Below are positions 13,277 through 27,275 of a DNA stretch of 64,000 nt, in pieces. The notes below the pieces were generated by a model, which searched no databases, was not told the origin of the DNA, and saw nothing but the letters and a program-made list of their open reading frames with translations. Source of the stretch: Camelus dromedarius (taxonomy: Eukaryota); NCBI RefSeq assembly GCF_036321535.1, contig NC_087437.1, positions 27,592,001 through 27,656,000 on the forward strand, written 5' to 3'. The translations under genes were made by a program, and so were the position numbers. How positions within the stretch are numbered: the stretch's first letter is position 1; each line of letters starts with the position of its first letter.

Positions 13277-13374
13277 TCTTTAGTTAAGATGGGCTATAAG
13301 CAAGAATATGTGTCAGGAAACACTCGGGGGCGATTGAGGCAAGGGTTCAGCATAGGTTATTCCTGGTTTGATTT
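13277..13374 (-). other. GPR87: GPR87 exon 2, 5'UTR part
   Basis: Acceptor ttttttcttttatccccAG at 13376-13375 with a strong polypyrimidine tract. Sequence AAATCAAACCAGGAATAACCTATGCTGAACCC matches the recalled human GPR87 leader. Confidence 0.85.
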
Positions 13375-13604
13375 CTGGGGATAAAAGAAAAAACAAAAAC
13401 AGTTGGGTAGGAGTTTGAACACACGGCATTTTGATCTTTTCTTTTAAAAAATGAAAAAAATACACATATATGCCTCCATGATTCAGAAAAAGCATCTCTT
13501 TGGATATGAACGGCTGTAGCAGACAAGAGCTGTTCATTTTCACATCCCTTTCAGCCTGCCACAAAGCACAGGCCATTTCTGTGTATGCTTTCCATCTTAA
13601 TGCT

Positions 13605-13775
13605 GCTGAGTGCCCTGGGAAACTTACTTCACATCTCTGTGATTCAGTGTCCTCATCTCTGAAATGAGAATGATGATACTCTGCTATACGATTGTAATAA
13701 AGATTATGTGAGATCATCTGTAGGGCACTTGTCAGAACCTGGGTCCAAGGATGCACTCAGGACATATTAGCTTAT
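13605..13775 (+). mobile_element. MIR SINE
   Basis: MIR core: ...acttacttcacatctctgtgattcagtgtcctcatctctgaaatgagaatgatgatac... Confidence 0.7.
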
Positions 13776-15334
13776 GTCTTCCCATCCCTGCTTCTAACTC
13801 ATTCCCCCCTCAAGCCTCAGCTCATGTATGCATCTATGATGAGACTTAGATACAATTGGAGACTATTAAAAAAGTAAAAGATCTAGCACTGATACATGTA
13901 AGAGTGTTTTATAAAGCTCACATGCAATCAGCATCCAATTCTTCCTGTAATGTCCAGCGTTCTAGTTCTGGTTTGACACTTACCAGTTGGATCTCCTCCA
14001 TCAGATCACCTGCCTTTCTAGAAATGGACTGAAGGACCTAAAACATACCCATCAGGACTCAGATTTACATGGGCTTCTGTATTTTCCTCAAACATAGATC
14101 CCCATTAAGAATTTAATATCATTTGAACATTTGCCTCTTAAGTCCTTGTGTTTCTTTGTGGTAACTGTAGAATTTGGCTAGGAATAATTAAATTGCCTTT
14201 GAGTGACTGGTGTGTGATTTTGTCTAAATATCTTATTTTTTTCTGACCTTCAGATTCCTCACAACCTTTTTATAACAATTACTTGAGATCAGGCGGCGCA
14301 TTGAATGCTATAACACATTTCCCCCACTCCTCCTTCAGCAGCCTCATCTGGTTGCTGTGTTCTGACTTCCTTCAGGGGTTGGTCAAAGAGAGAAGAAATC
14401 GTGGGAACTGTTTTGGAAAGTGTGCCGCTGAAGGCAAACGTGCGTGTATGGGACGGCTCTAGGGGAAGTCACACTCATGAAGCGAAACCGTGTGAGATCC
14501 CCAAGTCCCCTCACTGGCATTGCTTGTCTGCCCCACCCCTGCAGAGGGACCCCAAGTAACCTCGTGCCCCCAGTACGAAGCAGTCTTCTGGCCAGGGTAA
14601 GCAGTTACATTTGCTGAGTCAGCAAGGAAAGAGGACTTGGGAGGCAAAAGGTGTGTGTAAGAGTTGGGCAGCACGTGGAGAGGCACTTAGCCTCTACTTC
14701 TTTGTTACTTTGTCCTTTTCTTCTGTTCCCTAGTATCATGTGAAGTTTAGATGCTGGATTTATTAGTAGATGTTAAAAAGGGTTTCCAAATTTTCAGAGA
14801 TTCCCGCACCCATCATCTCATTTGAGAGTTAGACACTCCATCCCTGCCTCACCTGTAATGGCTACGGCATGTGGCGCATGTTGGGCAGTCAGAGCTACTT
14901 CCTGGTTAACTGGTCACAGACAACGATTAGGTCCTTAGAGTCCCTCCTTTTTGGGTGCCAGTGTTGCAGTATTTTTAAAGGAAGACAAGGCTTTTTTTTT
15001 CATCTATTAAAGTTTACCCAGGAGAATGATTGAGGCGATTTTCTAAACTTTATAATAATGATCTTTCGATTTTAGTAAACATAGTTTTCTTGAATCCAAC
15101 TTCTCATGGAAACATTTCAGGAAGTTTCCATGAAAAACACATCTTTAATTTTATGTTCCTCTGCGTGCAAGTTATGTGGTTTTCCCCTTCTTGACTTCAC
15201 TTAGACCTTACTGGATTACAAGGAAACCAGTGCGGCTTACCCCCACTGAAGGAGAAGCAGTGTCTAGAAGTGGGGGAGCCACAAGCAGCAGTGAGAGAGC
15301 AGACAGTTAGCCAGTAAGGAAGACACGGAAAAGA

Positions 15335-16225
15335 ATCTGGGAGAAAATATTTGCATATCACATTTCTGATAAAGGATTAAACTCACAGTATACAAAGAAC
15401 TTGTACAATTTCCTAATAAGAAGAAAACAGCATAACCAAAAAAGTAGTCTAAAGATTTGTTTAGACATTTTACCAAGAGCACGTGAAAATATGCTCAACA
15501 TCATTAGGGGAAGTCAAATTAAAACCACAGTGAGATACTACTTCACATTTACCAGAATGGCTATAAATAAAAAAGACAACAACCAAGGCTGGCGAGGATG
15601 TGGTGAGAGAGGAATCCTCATAGGTTGTTGGTGAGAATTTAAAATGATATGACCACCTTGAAAACAGTTTAGTAGTTTCTTAAAAAGTTTAACCTAAATT
15701 TTTTACCTTATGACCCAACAATTCCACTCATAGATAGTATCTACTCAAGAGAAATGAAAATACATGCCCATGCGAAGACTTATATACAAGTGCTTTTAGT
15801 AGCATTATTCATAATAGCTGAGTTGAATCAACCCAAATGTCAACTGAGGAATGGGTAAACAAAATGCAGTGTAATCACACGATGGAATAGTACTCAGCAA
15901 TAAAAAGGTGTGAAATGCAGCTATAATATGGCTGAATTCAAAAACACTTTGTTAGGGAAAGAGACCAGGTACAAAAGACCACATACTATTTAGAAGAACT
16001 GTCCAGAAGAGGCAAATCTGCAGAGGTGGAAAGTAGGTTAAAAGGGCTGGAGTGGGAGTGGAGATTACCTGTAAGGGCATGAGGGGTTTTATGGGGGTGA
16101 TAAAAACTAGATTATAATGATGGTTGCACAACAATTTACTAAATTTACTTAAAGTCATTGAATTGTACATTTTAAATGGATGAAAATTATGGTATGTAAA
16201 TTATATCTCAAAAAAGCTAAAAAGG
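15335..16225 (+). mobile_element. Old L1 (L1MB/L1MC-type) 3' portion: ORF2 end plus 3'UTR
   Basis: tgggagaaaatatttgca, caaattaaaaccacagtgagatac, gacccaacaattccactc, gcattattcataatagc and terminal gtatgtaaattatatctcaa are L1M hallmarks. Confidence 0.85.
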
Positions 16226-17724
16226 AAGAAAGTACACAGAAAAAGAAAAAAGGAAGAGAAGCAGCAATTCACTGTACATTAATGGATGAGTTAAGACCAA
16301 GGAAAAGTATTTAATAAGCACATTCCTGTCGTCTCGAAAAACATACTAAAATGCAAAGTACATTTAGCACGAGTTCGACCCCTTGAAGTAGGTGAGGGGC
16401 GCTGCTTAGTGATGTGGATGATTCATTTATTTGTTTTTTCTATTAGAATTGGGTCCAAAATTCAAACTCTGGTTATAAATGACAATTCGTACTTTGGTGG
16501 GGGATCCATGTTCCCATTTTCTTCATTCATATTGAAATTATATGGAGGAGTTGGATTTTAATTAGTTCAGACATAGTATTTGAATTTTCTGGAGTCAAAT
16601 TTGTTTTCCAGGTTTGGGAAATGAGATGTTTTATTTTCCTCTACCGGCTTCTGAGAGTTGTCTCTTGCCTCCTGCATCTCTTTTACTTCCTTCTCTAGAT
16701 GAACTGCTTACCCAGATCAGGCCACAGGTTTTCATTTTCTTTTTCTCAAGAGCGTTCGCGTCTCCTTGGATGCTCGGCCATCGCCTCTCTTCCATAATCT
16801 TACTCCTCCTTTCCCCAGACATCAGTCCATTGTGTACCTTGGAGCGTGCTGTCTCTCTGTGTTCCTCAAACTCAGCATCTCTAAACTTTAACTCTTTTCT
16901 CTTTCTTTGTAACAAATTGTCTTCCTTTCATCCTTGTTTATGAATATTTTCTTCATCTCTTGGTGGAGAGGTTGGATAGCTCACCTAGTCCATCACTGAC
17001 CTAGGCGTTCTCCTTCCTCTGTTGCAGTAGCATTTCTCTGCTTTCGTCCTCACCTGGCTCCTCCCGTCCCCCGGTGGAGGCCCTCCTAGTCTCATGTGTG
17101 GCCCTGCACTGACCTCTGTGGTCTTCCTGCTTCTTACCTCTTTCCTCTCAAATCTCTCCTGCTTCATGTTGCTAGATTCTTCTTTCTGTATAACCCATGT
17201 AGTCATGCTCTCTAAGCCTGAGTGTGATATGACAGGGGAATTCTTGAATTACAGTTACTAATGAAATATAAGGAGTTATTTTTTTTTTAGGGTTGGAGAT
17301 CATGGAGTGTGGAAGCCAAAAGATGCTGGGTCCTGTTGGTTAAAAGTTGGCACTAAACTTGGGGGAATCTGCTTATCTTGTAATTAATCCTCTGAGTCAG
17401 ATGACAATAGTATCTACTCAATAGAATCATTATGAGGTTAAATTAGAATACATATTTATAAATTATGTGCTTTGTAAATGTAGTTTTTCTTGTGTTATTT
17501 CCATTAGTCTTTGCCTAAATGACATTCAAGATCATTTTTGTCTGATCAGGAATTCTCTATTTAGCCAGACCGTTGCGTCTCGAGGGGCATGCCTTTTGTT
17601 TAGCCCCCTGCTTTTCTTCTTTCCTGTTCATACTCTTAAGTGACCTCCTTTCTCCCCCTCTTTCCATACCTTGGAAATCTCTACCTCTCCTTCAGTGTCA
17701 ACCGTTATCTGACCTTTTCCATAA

Positions 17725-18860
17725 GGTCATTTACTGAAGGTCTACTCATGTTCTAGGCCCTGGGATTGTAAAGATGAGGAGGCTAAGTTTCTGCCTTCAA
17801 GGAGTTTAGAGTCTAGTTGAGGATCCAGAATTAAACAGACCACAGAGTAAAGAATGAGAGGTTGGGATGCTTTGGAAATACAGAGGTGTCCCCTAGTGGG
17901 GGGAGTGGAGATCAGGGCAGTTCCAGGGCAGCTCTGATGCTAGGTTGTGGCAGGTTTGCTGAAGGCCCAATAGGAAAGGAGCATGTGGAAATGCTGAGTG
18001 TGGCCCACGACAACCTGCTGTTACCTGGTGGGGAGATGGTGATGGCCTTGAGTGACAGAGAGGCAAATTTGAGGCCTGTTGAGAAATTGGTGGCTGACTG
18101 GTATTGGTGCAAAGGGAGGAGGAGTGTTGTGGCCTCCAGTATTTGGCAGTGGGTGTTGGTTTCCTTCATTGATGTTCAGGCCCAAGAGAGGAGGAGCACA
18201 TTAAAGGGTGGGTGGAGTTCAGACTTCAGTTCTTTGATTTCAGGATGCCTGTGTAGTATCCATGTAGAGATGTCTGCTAAGTAATTGAGGATAGAGGCCT
18301 GGAGCCTGGGGAAGTGCTCCTGGCTGGTGCTGTAAATTTAAGGTCGATAGAAGATCAGTGATAGAAAAAGCTATGGGAGTGGATGAGATTGCCCAGGATG
18401 AACCTGCCCGGTAGACTGAGGACAGGAGAAGGCTGACCTTGATGTTTTCACTGAGCAATCCTAAGGAGAGAGAAGTGCCTGGAGGAGTGGTCAGAGAATT
18501 GGAAGGGTTATCAGCAAAGATGAATGTCACGTGAACCAAGATGAGAGGTTGTAACTAGTTTTATGGTGCAGGGAAGTCAAGAGACATAGGACACAAAATG
18601 CCATTGGATGGGACTTAGTAACAAAGAGGTCATTGTTGGTCTTTGCCCAGGCTGCCTGTGTCCTCCTGGAGGTGGAGGGGTGTGGGGGGGTAGGTAGGGG
18701 TAGAAGCAGAGGGCTGATGACTGAGGGTTGAGTAATGCTTGTGAGGTGAGGACGTAAGGGAGCGACTTCAGCCAACTCTTTCCAAAAAAACATGCCTGCA
18801 ATGGGAAAAAGAGAGAGCAGGTGGGAGGTAGAGAGAGATATAGGACTGGTGGAAGATTTT
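17725..18860 (-). mobile_element. L2 LINE relic
   Basis: Antisense L2 3' end (catttactga...ctgccttcaaggagtttagagtctagt) followed by a purine-rich L2-like body. Confidence 0.65.
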
Positions 18861-19829
18861 GCTAAGTTTCTCATTTAATGGCTTACATTTTAAAATATTT
18901 TCCTAGCTTGGCAAAAAAAAAATCCAAAAAACAAAAACCACAAAAAAACAGAAACCTTGCCACTTCCCCTAGTGTGGGGGGCGTGTGGGGGAGTGCTGGG
19001 TTCCCATCCCCGCTCTGCTGCCTGCCAGCTTTCTGAGGCTCCTTCTCATGTATAGCAGTGGGTGTGATGGAGCATCCATTATGGGCTAACTTCGAGGTTG
19101 GAGTGAGTGTTTATGAAGCATCTGGCACAGCTGTACAGGGGACGGGCTAAGCCTCGTAAGCCCCGCTGCATATTGCAGGTGCACAATAGAGTGTATTTAG
19201 TGAGTGACAGGTTTGTACACACGGTGAGACCGAGTTCTTGCCACTTTGTTTATTCCGAGACTCTCATGCGGTTTGTGGTTTTAGCCGCCCTGGGAGGAGT
19301 CATTTGACTGATCTTTTTGCTTCAAGAGCTTCCTTTAAGGTGCCTCTGAGCATTATCTGCCTGCTGTCTTTCTTCACCAGTGGCGCCGAAGCTTCCGGGC
19401 CCCCTGTGCAGTTCACTGCAGAGCAGTGTGCACCCTCTGCACGTCCCAGCGCCTGCAGGGTGTTGCAACAAGGATTGCTTCAGCCACAGTAATGGGCTCA
19501 GGTCCAGGACCTCGCTGATGGGCGGGAGACCTGTCCTGCTACCTACTGCTCCCTCAGCTGAGAGCTGACGAAAGCTCTCGAGAATGTGATGTCTGTGGCA
19601 GCTCCAGGTTTCACAGCCATTCCTGAGGTTCAGTGGTATCGATGCCTAGAGATTTTCTGGGTTTTTTTCCAGCCATCCATTGATGTCATCCTTTGACTAT
19701 TTTATTAACTATGTTGTGATGTGATTGGTTGTAAGCTGGCTTTTAAAATGAATGAAATGTCATGATAGAAAAGGATGAACATGTCCTCAGTTGCTGTATC
19801 TTAAGCCTGGAACTCTGTGCTTGACTTCT

Positions 19830-20010
19830 CAGGCAGCCCTCGTCCTAAGCGTGTTTTATTCCCGTTTTCCTCCCCAGGTGGAAAGATCCAAGGTTCAGAC
19901 ATGTTGATTAACCTGCCCTGACTCACACAGCTAGTAATAGGTAAGGTCAGGGTTCCTACCAGATCTGATCGAAACTGAGTCTGCAGTTCTTTCCATTATC
20001 CTGCCCTGGA
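19830..20010 (-). mobile_element. MIR SINE
   Basis: Antisense MIR core (aaggttcaga...taacctgccc...cacacagctagtaa). Confidence 0.6.
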
Positions 20011-20540
20011 ATACAATTAATGCAGCACAGTCCTGGGGGTGATTTTGAAGGGCCGGGAGTGGGAGGAGGAGGAGGGCAGAGGTGGGGTTTGTTTTCCTTG
20101 TCAAGCTCATAAGGGAACGGCTATCTTCCATACTGGAGACATGGTCTTGTTTGGCCTGAGCAATGTGGAAAACATCAGGAAATTTCACGTAAGAATCCAG
20201 GTTTGGATCCCATCTTAAAAAAAGGAGATTTGCCCTCACTGAGTGTGAATGGCCTGGTAGTGACAGCTGCCTCTTGCCTTTAGGGGATGTGCTCCCCAGA
20301 TCACCAGCTCACAGCATCCTCTGCTGATATCCTCTGGCCCCCGCGCTGGGGAGATGCTTGTCTGATCCTATAGGCGCTTGATTTTGCAACTCTTGATTCA
20401 TTTATCATTTAATCTTTGGTGGCGACATTTGACCCATATGGCTCATCAGATGTTCTACATTGACTATACACATAGCTTTCTTCCTCCGCCCCCTCTCTAC
20501 CTGTTTTTGCTTTACTGACCAACACTTAGCATTCTTCTTA

Positions 20541-20566
20541 AGTATATGTGCTGCCGAAGCGAGCAC
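20541..20566 (-). pseudogene. U6 snRNA 5' fragment retrocopy (nt 1-26), tailless, with TSD
   Basis: Reverse complement GTGCTCGCTTCGGCAGCACATATACT equals the first 26 nt of U6. Direct repeat cacttagcattctt at 20523-20536 and 20564-20577. Confidence 0.92.
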
Positions 20567-22189
20567 TTAGCATTCTTAACAAATGATTTTCCTGGTGCCT
20601 CTTAGCAACCCAGAAAAAATAGCGGCAGGAGATCTGCTGTTTAGTGCACACTCGAGGAATAATTAATGGTCACAGTTGAGCTTTTTCTCTATGCCCAGTC
20701 CCTCTGTTACAGCCTTTTAAGTGAAAAACCCTACTGGTTGTATTGTTAAACTGCTTTTATGGTTGAGAAAACTGAGATTCTGGGTCTCAAGGAAGGAAAG
20801 GTTTATTAATGCTGGGGCAGAGGCTTGAACCCAGGTGTGTTGGCTGCAAACCTCCTGCTGTTTGCCTGGGAAGACTGGGAAGCCTCAGCATCCCGGGCTC
20901 CGGAACTGCTACCTTGGGCACACAGCCTTGCTCTTAAAATTCACTGGGCTAGATCTCAGCATGGGCGGGGAGCGGCCGCTGCCAAGCTGGGGAAACTCCC
21001 TCCCAGCAGGAAGAGCCGGCAGGGGTGCCCGCCAGGCTGTGGCAGTGCCTTTATTCTCCCTGGCTTCCCAGGGTCTCATTATTGCCCTTCTGGTCAAGGT
21101 TTGAAAGATAAATGCCAGTTAAGTGCTTACTCCCTAGCTGCAGCTGCTCACGATGGTTTGGACTGATTATTTGGTGGTGGTGGCGGTGGTTCTGAAATGA
21201 CAGAGTTGTAGTGTAATTACTTCTTTTATTTGTTCTCCACATTCCAGTTAGTTCTTTAGAAGCTCGCATCTGGAATTGTGAATTTCAGATCTGAGGGGAT
21301 TTTTTGGGTCACTTTCTAAAAGAAAATCCATTCTAAACTGGTAGATCACATGGGAAGACTGCTGTAGTCCCTAAACTTCAGTGTCAAGGTGCAATGTTCA
21401 CAAAAGCCATGTAAGGCAAAGCTTCTGGTGAAAGGTACAGCCTCTCTTATATTTTGGAATCACTTGTAACCTAAGAATCTTTCCCAGTTTAAACCAGAGA
21501 GAGAGTGTGAGTGAGAGTTCGTGTTCTAATACTGCTAAGATGCAGTTCTGCTGAAGGCCTTGGGAAAGAAACAGGTTACCTCACTGGGTATAATTTACTT
21601 TTTTTTGTAATAGAATTAGGTCACTGTATTCACAAGGCACATCATTAATGCAGGCTTGGAGTCAGTAACCCAAAGGTGTTGGAATGCAAAGCACCCAGCC
21701 TTCATTCTGGTTTGTCAGGTACTGTCCTAAACTTCTCTTTGCAAAGTTGTTCTGGGCATCTGTAGCCTGCATTAGACATATTTTGGTTCACGTTTAGATT
21801 TAACTTTTTTTCCCCCAGATGACCTCTGGTTGGCTACTTACTTAGTTACTTATTACTCATTCACTCATTGATTGATTGATTGACTGACTGAGGGAAGGAC
21901 AGAGGGTGGTGTGAACTGGGTCGTAAACTCCCTGAAGGCAAGGTTTGTGTCTAAAGCTTCCTTTTTGTTGTTTTAAGGTTACAAACCTTACCCCAAACCA
22001 GGTTATTGTCCAGTTGAGGAACCTCAGCCGGGTTCAACTACTTGTCCCACATCACACATACAGTAAGAGGCAAAGCCCTGACATGAGGTCCAGAGTTTGT
22101 GACCCCAGTGCAGGCTGTCTCTCTGCTGAACTACTTGACCATCTCAGTGACACCACAGGAGTAGCCAGCACGGTGTCCTGGACCTCAGT

Positions 22190-22350
22190 GCACTTGGCAG
22201 GTGCTACGTTTCTGACTCAGTCTTTGACTCTGTGACCCTGGGCAAAGCATTTTACCTCTCAGAGCTTGAGCTGCCCATCTGTGAAATGAGGAAAGTAATA
22301 AACACCTGGCCTGTCTCCCAAAGGTGCTGTGAGAATCTGGAGAGAGAATG
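22190..22350 (+). mobile_element. MIR SINE (a second, antisense MIR lies at about 22000-22130)
   Basis: ctgtgaccctgggcaaagcattttacctctcagagc...catctgtgaaatgagg. Confidence 0.65.
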
Positions 22351-25300
22351 TAGGCAGGTCCATTTTCTATTTTAAGTGCTGCGGTAATATAAAGGTATAA
22401 TTCATGGCAAATACTAGCTTTTTTCTGCTTAATAGTAAAAGTCTTATTACTCATATAGTCAAATTTTATCTTTTCCTGAACTGAAATGTGTATTTTTATG
22501 TTCTGTTTAGGCAAAGTGTAATTTATACATAGCTAAACTCTGGATTATTGATACAGAGTTGGCTGGTCAAATTGGTTACAGGCTGCAATCCCAATAGCCA
22601 AGGTAGTGGTTTTGGATGAGTATGTTCTAAGCCAAATGCATTTAAGTGCCTCTGGTCCCTTAAAAAAATTGTTAGGATCCAAGACCCTAAGTGAAGTCTT
22701 TAGTTGTTTGATTACCATTTACCAGCCTATTAAGAAAGGAAGGATGCTCTTCACAGACTTACGGAGATGTTCTTTGTTTGAGGAGGGTCCTTCCATGGCT
22801 TAAGCATTGATTGTACGTAGGGTCATAATTATTCTTCATGGTGTTGCTTGTCACAGCCACCATTCTAATAAGGTCATCACCATGGCTTTCTGGACTGTAG
22901 ATGAGGGGGTAGGTATCCTCAAGGCCTCTCCCACTAGAATGGGTGTCAGGCTAGCTACCCTAATTTTTTGAGTCACAGTTTAACCAAACTGTAATGCTGT
23001 TTTAATTAATGAAATAAGACCGGTACCTTATTCTAAGTCTTCCCTCAGTTTCATCCTCTGCCTTCAATGATAAAGATTCTCTAGTGAAGCCTTGAATACT
23101 AATGGATATTTAACAAATTTTTTTTTTTTGGCATCAAACCCTCACCGTGTCTTATTTTCTCCTCTCATAAAAACAAGAAATACTACCTCCTACCCCTGCA
23201 CACATATGTGGTGGGAGGATCCAGCATCACCTGTAGTTCATTTTATATAATATGTGTGTGTGTGTGAATTTTATTAACATTTTATTTTAAAGTAAGTCCT
23301 GCTGTCAACTTCACTAGCATTCATTATCTTATTTCTTTACAAATGAAGGGAAACAGTACAACCTAGAAGGGCTGAGAGAGTAGGGACTGGGGGAAAGCTG
23401 ATCAAACCCTGGTTCTCTGGGGTCTGTGAACAGCTCACCGGGAAGTGAGGGGACTGAAGCAGTGGACTGCAAATTCTAACATAGCACCGTATCTATTGTT
23501 AGTGAGGAGAGTGAGCTGGGTAGAAGAGGAAGTAATCAGCAGAACCAGCCTGCCAGTAAAATGCAGCAGCAGCTTCAGGTGTCAGAGGAGACCATCAGGA
23601 GGGCTGGGGGCCGTGGTGACCTGGGGAGTATTGCCCCACTGCCAGGCTCCGGGTGGTTGCCACACAGGTGTGTGGGTCACCTGCCACCAGACTATCGGAT
23701 TTACAAGAAAAATAGATTTTTATATAAAATTGCATGGAATTTAAATTTTGGCTTAATTTTGTTAACACAGACCAAATAAACTTGTCCCTGGGTTACAGTT
23801 AGTGACATCTGATTTCCTGCGGGGTCTGCCGCAGGTCTCTCCATGGGGTTTCTGCCAGCATCTTGTGGAACTTAGAGCCTTGTTACCTCAGGCCAGCTGT
23901 ACACCTGCCCCTCATTTTTACTAATTTCCCCTAACATGATACTTTCTTTTTCATCTGAAAGTGATGAGCTTATAAGACAAGCTTTGAGACCATTTCTAGG
24001 ATTTTAGAACTGAATGGCATTTTATTTAATTTGGGATAAATACTTTTTCAAAAGCTCTAAGGTTTCTTTTTTCTTGATGCTGATGCATTAGGTGGAACTG
24101 TATGGAAATGTTTTTATAGGCCGAAATGGCACTTTTTTATGCTTCAGCTTAATATGTCTAGCGCTTGGGAAATTTTGCTAATTAGTATCAGGTATACTGG
24201 AAAGAAGGGGGCAGAGAGGCTGTGCTAGAGTGGTTAGGAAGACAGCAGTGTGATGAAAATGTGTTCTCCCACCTGCCTGCTTACAGCAGCCTTGCCTGGA
24301 CTGAGCTTTGAGTTGATAACCTCCAGGCATTCAGCCCTTTTCATTGTGTCTGCTCTTCGGGTATTCAACATAACTTTGTTTTCCTCTGTGAGGACTCTGA
24401 GAGAACGTTCTTTTTAGTCTCCATATTGAGGATGGTGTTCCTTTAGGCCTGCTACTAATTTACCAGAACTGCATCGGTATGCCTTCTTGTTTTCCTGTTG
24501 GAGTTGAGATAGGAATTAATGTGTTTGGTGAACTAACCCCTCACGTGGCTTTTAATTTCCCACCATTGCTTTTCCTAGGCTCCATTTTCCTTAGTTAACA
24601 TTCGTTTGAACTTAATTCATATTAAGCATCTCTGTAAACTACCTCAAACCTTTTGGGTGACTTAGCCAGGATCTAAATAAATAGCCACGTGAGTACATTG
24701 GAGAGAGTGCTTGCCTAGCGTGCAGTTAACTGGGTTATAATTCACAGAAGAGAAGAGGGAGACACATGAGGAAACACACCATCTCCCACCGGGGCCAGGG
24801 TGGGAGACGGTAAGGGCAGAGGTGTTGGGCTTGGCCACCCTGGTTCCAAGACAGCTGTGTTGCTGGGAGTGTCTTCCAGGACTGAGAAGGAACGAGGCGG
24901 CCCTCGGAACAAGTGTTAGGCTCCCTGACATTCATACATCGTGTGCCTTCAGCTTTGAGCTCTCAAATTCCTGTCTGCACTGGTCAGTTATTTAGTGTCT
25001 GTCTGACCTGCAATTTCATATAAACTGTAAACTGATTCTAAATAGTATCCATGTGGAGTCCCAGCATGACTTTGTAAGGGATTGAGTATGTATCAGATAT
25101 TCAGTATTTCTGGGTCTTAGGATGAAAAATAGAGAGAACACTTGAGGTGTTGCACTATTGGCTGCAGGCGCTGTGCGGTTGCTTTTTTCCACATCACAAA
25201 TTATACATCTGTGTTTTGTTTACAACACGAAATTAGAATCAGTGTTTCAAGGGAAAGAGAATATTAGTGTTGAATAAATGAATAAATAAAAACCATAATA

Positions 25301-25569
25301 TTTGTTGAACGGTGATCATGATAGCTCAAATATTGGTACAGTAGTTACCTTTTTGAAGGCATCCACTGTTCTTTTATTCATTCATCTTGCTACATATTAT
25401 ATGGGTACTGCGTAGACAATTTTCATCTTTTTATCTTGTTTAAGTTTTCATTTCCCAGGACTTTAAAATGCTTGGTTGAAACAACCAAAAAATAATTGAG
25501 GCTGTGATTATTTAAGGGCTGCCCTCAGTATCCACACTGTACCTAGTCACCATGAGAAGGACTCTTAAT

Positions 25570-25690
25570 TTTTGGGGAGGAGGGTAGGTATTAGATTTCT
25601 TTAATTCATTTTTAATGGAGGTGCTGGGGATTGAACCCAGGTCCTTGTGCATGCTAAGCGCACACTCTGCCACTGAGCTATACCCTCCCA
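25570..25690 (-). mobile_element. tRNA-derived SINE (Vic-1-like)
   Basis: Reverse complement GGGAGGGTATAGCTCAGTGGCAGAGTGTGCGCTTAGCATGCACAAGGACCTGGGTTCAATCCCCAGCACC, with A and B boxes. Confidence 0.9.
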
Positions 25691-26419
25691 CAGGACTGTC
25701 TCTATAAATACAGCCAGTAAACAATTAATTTTGCAGTTTTTCCGGCTTGCCTTTTGGTCGACTTAATCTGAGTTGCTTTGAGAAGCCCACTGATGATTTG
25801 TTTTCAGTTACATTTCTAACCTTTGAGTCTGGCAGTGACGAGGAGGGACGAGTTTGGACAGGTAGGTCATCCACCCCAAAAGGAGCGTGGCAGGTCCGAA
25901 AGTGCCTGCAGTCTCGAGTCCACGTAGTATTTTCTCGGATCTCTTCTGTCTGCTCTCAGCCCGAGAGCCGTACAGCTGAGTGCTAACAACCCAAGTATTT
26001 TTCTGTTATTATTTTTCTTTATTCAACTAGATCATAAGCTCCTTTAGCTCAGGGACCTTCGATTAGTTTGTTTCTGCTGCCCTCTGTTATAGTGGCTTCC
26101 ACTTTGGAAGCAACCAGAATCTTGATAATTTTAGCAAAGGGTACCCTTTAGACTCACAGACTTGTAAAGCAGAGTTTGACTCCACTCTGTCCTCTGGAGA
26201 ATCTGTCACTGTGATGGCTGAAAGTCGGTAATCTCTAACCCAAGAGCATGTTCAGGCTATAGACAAACCCTCCTCTGGCAGCTGGGAAGTCTGTGTTTCT
26301 ATCTTGCTAGGCACAACAACAAAAACAACATTAATAAGAGTATGGTTTCAGCAAATGCTGGCTGATGTTATTTTGTACCTAGGACTGTTCTAAATTATTT
26401 AGATAAATTTTAATTTATG

Positions 26420-26830
26420 AAAAAGACACTGGATTCAAGTTGCAGATCTGCCACTTACTTGGGCAGGTTATCTAGCCCCTCTGTGCCCTACTTTCCTCTT
26501 CTCTAAAACATTCATCACAGGATTGATTTGACAATTGAATGAAGTATTACCACAGTATGATGCCCCTCGATCCTTATAGACCTTTTATTGCAGCTTGGCA
26601 TCTAGGAAGAACTCACTGTATAGATTCTTCCTGAGTGGTAGTAAGAATAGTGTGCCCATTTTTTCAAATGAAAAAACTGAGGCTTGGAGAGGCTCCTTCA
26701 GCAGACCTGTGCTGTCTGTTCTTCCACTGCTAGAGCTCACCCAGGTTAATGCGCCTGGTGAGGGGCAGGACCTTCAGCTTCAGATTTGATCACGGGTCAC
26801 TCAAAGTCCTGTGCTCTAACTACTCTGTGC
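26420..26830. mobile_element. Two MIR relics in opposite orientation (about 26420-26550 + and 26600-26830 -)
   Basis: MIR core on + (gggcaggttatctagcccctctgtgccc...) and antisense core (cccattttttcaaatgaaaaaactgaggcttggaga). Confidence 0.6.
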
Positions 26831-27079
26831 TGCTGCTTCCACACAAACTGGAGGTTCACTGCTTCATTATAATCTGATGTCTCCTTTGGGAAGACTAGGA
26901 AGTAAAGTAGCTCCACCTTGGTTACAGGGCATGATGTGCCCAAGATGGTCATTTATCTACTGCAGTCAAGTAGTACAGCAAAGAAATCAGAAATCTGTAT
27001 AATTTACCTAAATTACTGACAAAAAAAAAATAGCAAATACTGAGTTTACTCAGAAATTTAAAAAGTAGAGCATGGTTGA

Positions 27080-27275
27080 CTGCAGGCAGACTTTGTTCAA
27101 GGTCAGAGCTCTGCTGCTTTCTTGTAGAACACTTAAGCCTCAGTTTGTTCAGATGTAAAATGGGGTGACCTCAGCATACATCTCAAAGTTGGGTGAGGTT
27201 TTTTTAAAGAAGTAATATACGTTAAAATATGCAGTAGTCTTGGACATATATTAAGCTATCAATGCATGTTAATCA
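27080..27275 (+). mobile_element. MIR SINE
   Basis: gcctcagtttgttcagatgtaaaatgggg core. Confidence 0.6.

Noticed and set aside
16614..17206. Charged, coiled-coil-looking ORFs in a CT-rich tract
   Set aside because: Probably compositional bias or a decayed L1 ORF1/HAL1 relic; family could not be supported by eye.
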